Shown here piece by piece: positions 61,986-64,000 of a DNA stretch of 64,000 bases. Within the stretch, counting starts at the first letter, position 1. Each line of letters opens with the position of its first letter. Made by a program: the position numbers and the translations under genes. The notes beneath the pieces are model-generated. The model saw only the letters and a program-made list of their open reading frames with translations. It had not been told where the DNA came from and ran no database searches. Source of the stretch: Sphyrna mokarran (taxonomy: Eukaryota); assembly GCA_024679065.1 (NCBI GenBank), contig JAGIQG010000017.1, positions 50,220,001 to 50,284,000 of the forward strand, in the 5' to 3' direction.

Positions 61986-63322
61986 TCCAGTTAATAATCA
62001 ATCAGAACCCTGACCCAGTGACTGTGAAGAGACAGTAATACATGGCCACATTGGAGGATAACCCGCATATGATTGCAGACGGATCCTTGTCTCTCTCTGT
62101 GTTAGAAGTCATGGGTCTGACCTGAAAAACAGCTGCATTAACTAAAATAACAATTAATGCTGGCCCTTCAGATTGCACCACGATGTGACGGACTGAGCGA
62201 ATTCTCTGGGAGAAATGATGAACATGAGAAAAATCAAAGACTCTGCCTTCATTTTCCCCTCATGGCAAAAATAATTCCATTACATAAACTACACAAAACC
62301 CCACAGCTTCCACTTTGTTACCCATCAAGATCCGACTCCCACTCCATTTCATAATGGAATAAAAATTTTCTGGCAGGATTTGAAGGGGCCGAGAGGCAGC
62401 GAGTTATAAATGAGAATATCACACCTTTCAAAACAATTGATTTATACAGAGTTTCCTCTCAATTGTGTATTTAATTTTGCAGTGAGTCATATCCTACGTA
62501 GTGACTTGCTGCAAGGTACAACACAGGAGGAAGACCAGCTTCATTGCCATAGCAACCAGCCATTCCAATTCACATCTGTGTATGAGATGTCCCCAGCGGC
62601 ATTTTGTATAAATAGGTTTCTTTTTCTTTAAGCTTTAACAAGGCTCCTTATATATTAATTTTTTTGGGTACCAGAATAAGCATTTGGATGTAAATTATGC
62701 AAATTTGCAATGATTTTGATACTGGGTGTTCAGCAGTGAATGAATAACCACACGTGAAGAATTACTACAAATTAAACCTTAGCCTTTCCTCAAACACCAT
62801 TTCTGTTTTCAATTCAAAGGATCAAAAGAAAGGAATCAAAAATATTCCAGATGTCGTGTTTTATTGACAATGATTTAAAGATTCAACGACGTTCTTTCTC
62901 ATCATTAAAAATGTCACGTGGGCGAAGAACACACATTTGCTGAACCACCATTAATCCCAGAACTGTGACCTTTCACGCTCACAGACAGAAATTATTCCTC
63001 AACCATTTTAAATCAAGCCGACAGTTCTCTCTGTCAGAGTGCGAGCTTAGGATGATTGGAACAGAATGGATCTTTAGCTGGTCATGAAACTGCAAAACAC
63101 AAAAGGTGCAGGGTTCAAACCCCATTCTCAGAACTGCTGGCAAGTGGAGTGCAGAGGTTGTCTCTGGACCAGCATCCAGCATGAATACATATGTCCAGTG
63201 GGGTGGGTGGATGGGCACCACTTTCTCCTCCTCTCCACCCACTCCCACCTCACCAACAAATAGATGAAGATCCCATTAAACTCTCCTGTGATGTAGGATT
63301 AACCATCCTATCAGCTATTATT

Positions 63323-63600
63323 GGGGCAGCACAGTGGCACAATGGTTAACACTGCTGCCTCACAGCACCAGGGGCTCAGGTTCAATTCCCGCTTTGGGTG
63401 ACTGTCTGCATGGGTTTCCTCTGGATGCTCTGGTTTCCTCCCACATGTCAAAAATGTGTGGGTTAGATTGATTGGCCGTGCTAAATTACCACCGAGGTCA
63501 GGGAGATTAGCAGGACAAATATGTGAGAATAGGGCCTGGGTGGGATTGTGGTTGGTGCAGGTTCAATGGGCTGTACTGGAGGGATCTATTCTACGATATT
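63323..63600 (+). mobile_element. HE1-type V-SINE
   Basis: Head, V domain and partial tail. Confidence 0.85.
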
Positions 63601-63619
63601 ATTAAGACAGCAGCAATAA

Positions 63620-63860
63620 GAACAGAAAATGCTGGAAAATACTGAGCAGGTCGGGCAGCTGGTGTGGATAAAGAGACTTAATAACCTCCTCAATAATCTT
63701 CCATCAGGTTTTGAGCAAATGATATCAGTCGAGGGAGGGGAGAAAGCCTTGAAGAACAGAAGGAGAAAGGACAGTGAGGAGGTGAAGGCTAGGACAGATG
63801 AAGGTTTGATGGTACAAACACCAAAGGGAGTGGAAATAGGAGAAGTAAAGAAAGAAAACA
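63620..63860 (-). mobile_element. Penelope-derived terminal fragment (decayed)
   Basis: aacagaaaatgctggaaaatactgagcaggtcgggcagc matches the 47110-47150 family. Confidence 0.55.
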
Positions 63861-63864
63861 TTGA

Positions 63865-63995
63865 CTGAAATATTCCCATCCCACTGCCACGGGAATCGTA
63901 GCGGGTTTGGTGGTGGGGGGCTGGACCATACTAAGGTCCATTGACCTCAGGCAGGATTTTCTGGCTTTGGGGCAAGCACAGCTGGAAAATCCCAG
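63865..63995 (-). mobile_element. MITE-like ~120-bp element
   Basis: gccacgggaatc..ccattgacctcaggcaggattttc..gctggaaaatcccag. Confidence 0.55.
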
Positions 63996-64000
63996 CTGTT

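Overview
This is eukaryotic, repeat-dense non-coding DNA from a cartilaginous fish (shark/ray), judged from abundant HE1-type V-SINEs and CR1 (HER1-like) LINEs. No complete protein-coding gene is visible. Every long ORF is a retroelement remnant (CR1 reverse transcriptase, Rex1/Babar, Penelope GIY-YIG) or its antisense shadow. Repeats include three or four tRNA-derived SINE families, CR1, L2 and Rex1/Babar fragments, Penelope-like elements, a probable solo LTR and a ~120-bp MITE-like family, often nested. Most interesting signals: (1) short Penelope-derived insertions carrying minimal hammerhead ribozyme cores with covarying stem II and target-site duplications, one starting exactly at the predicted cleavage site; (2) a young CR1 family, present twice in inverted orientation, with a V-SINE domain built into its 3' UTR; (3) repeat-poor islands with minus-strand splice signals (a candidate 5-nt microexon and two candidate short first exons), suggesting the window lies in the 5' introns of an unidentified large gene. 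Repeat boundaries were set by eye and are approximate; family names come from recognition, not a database search.
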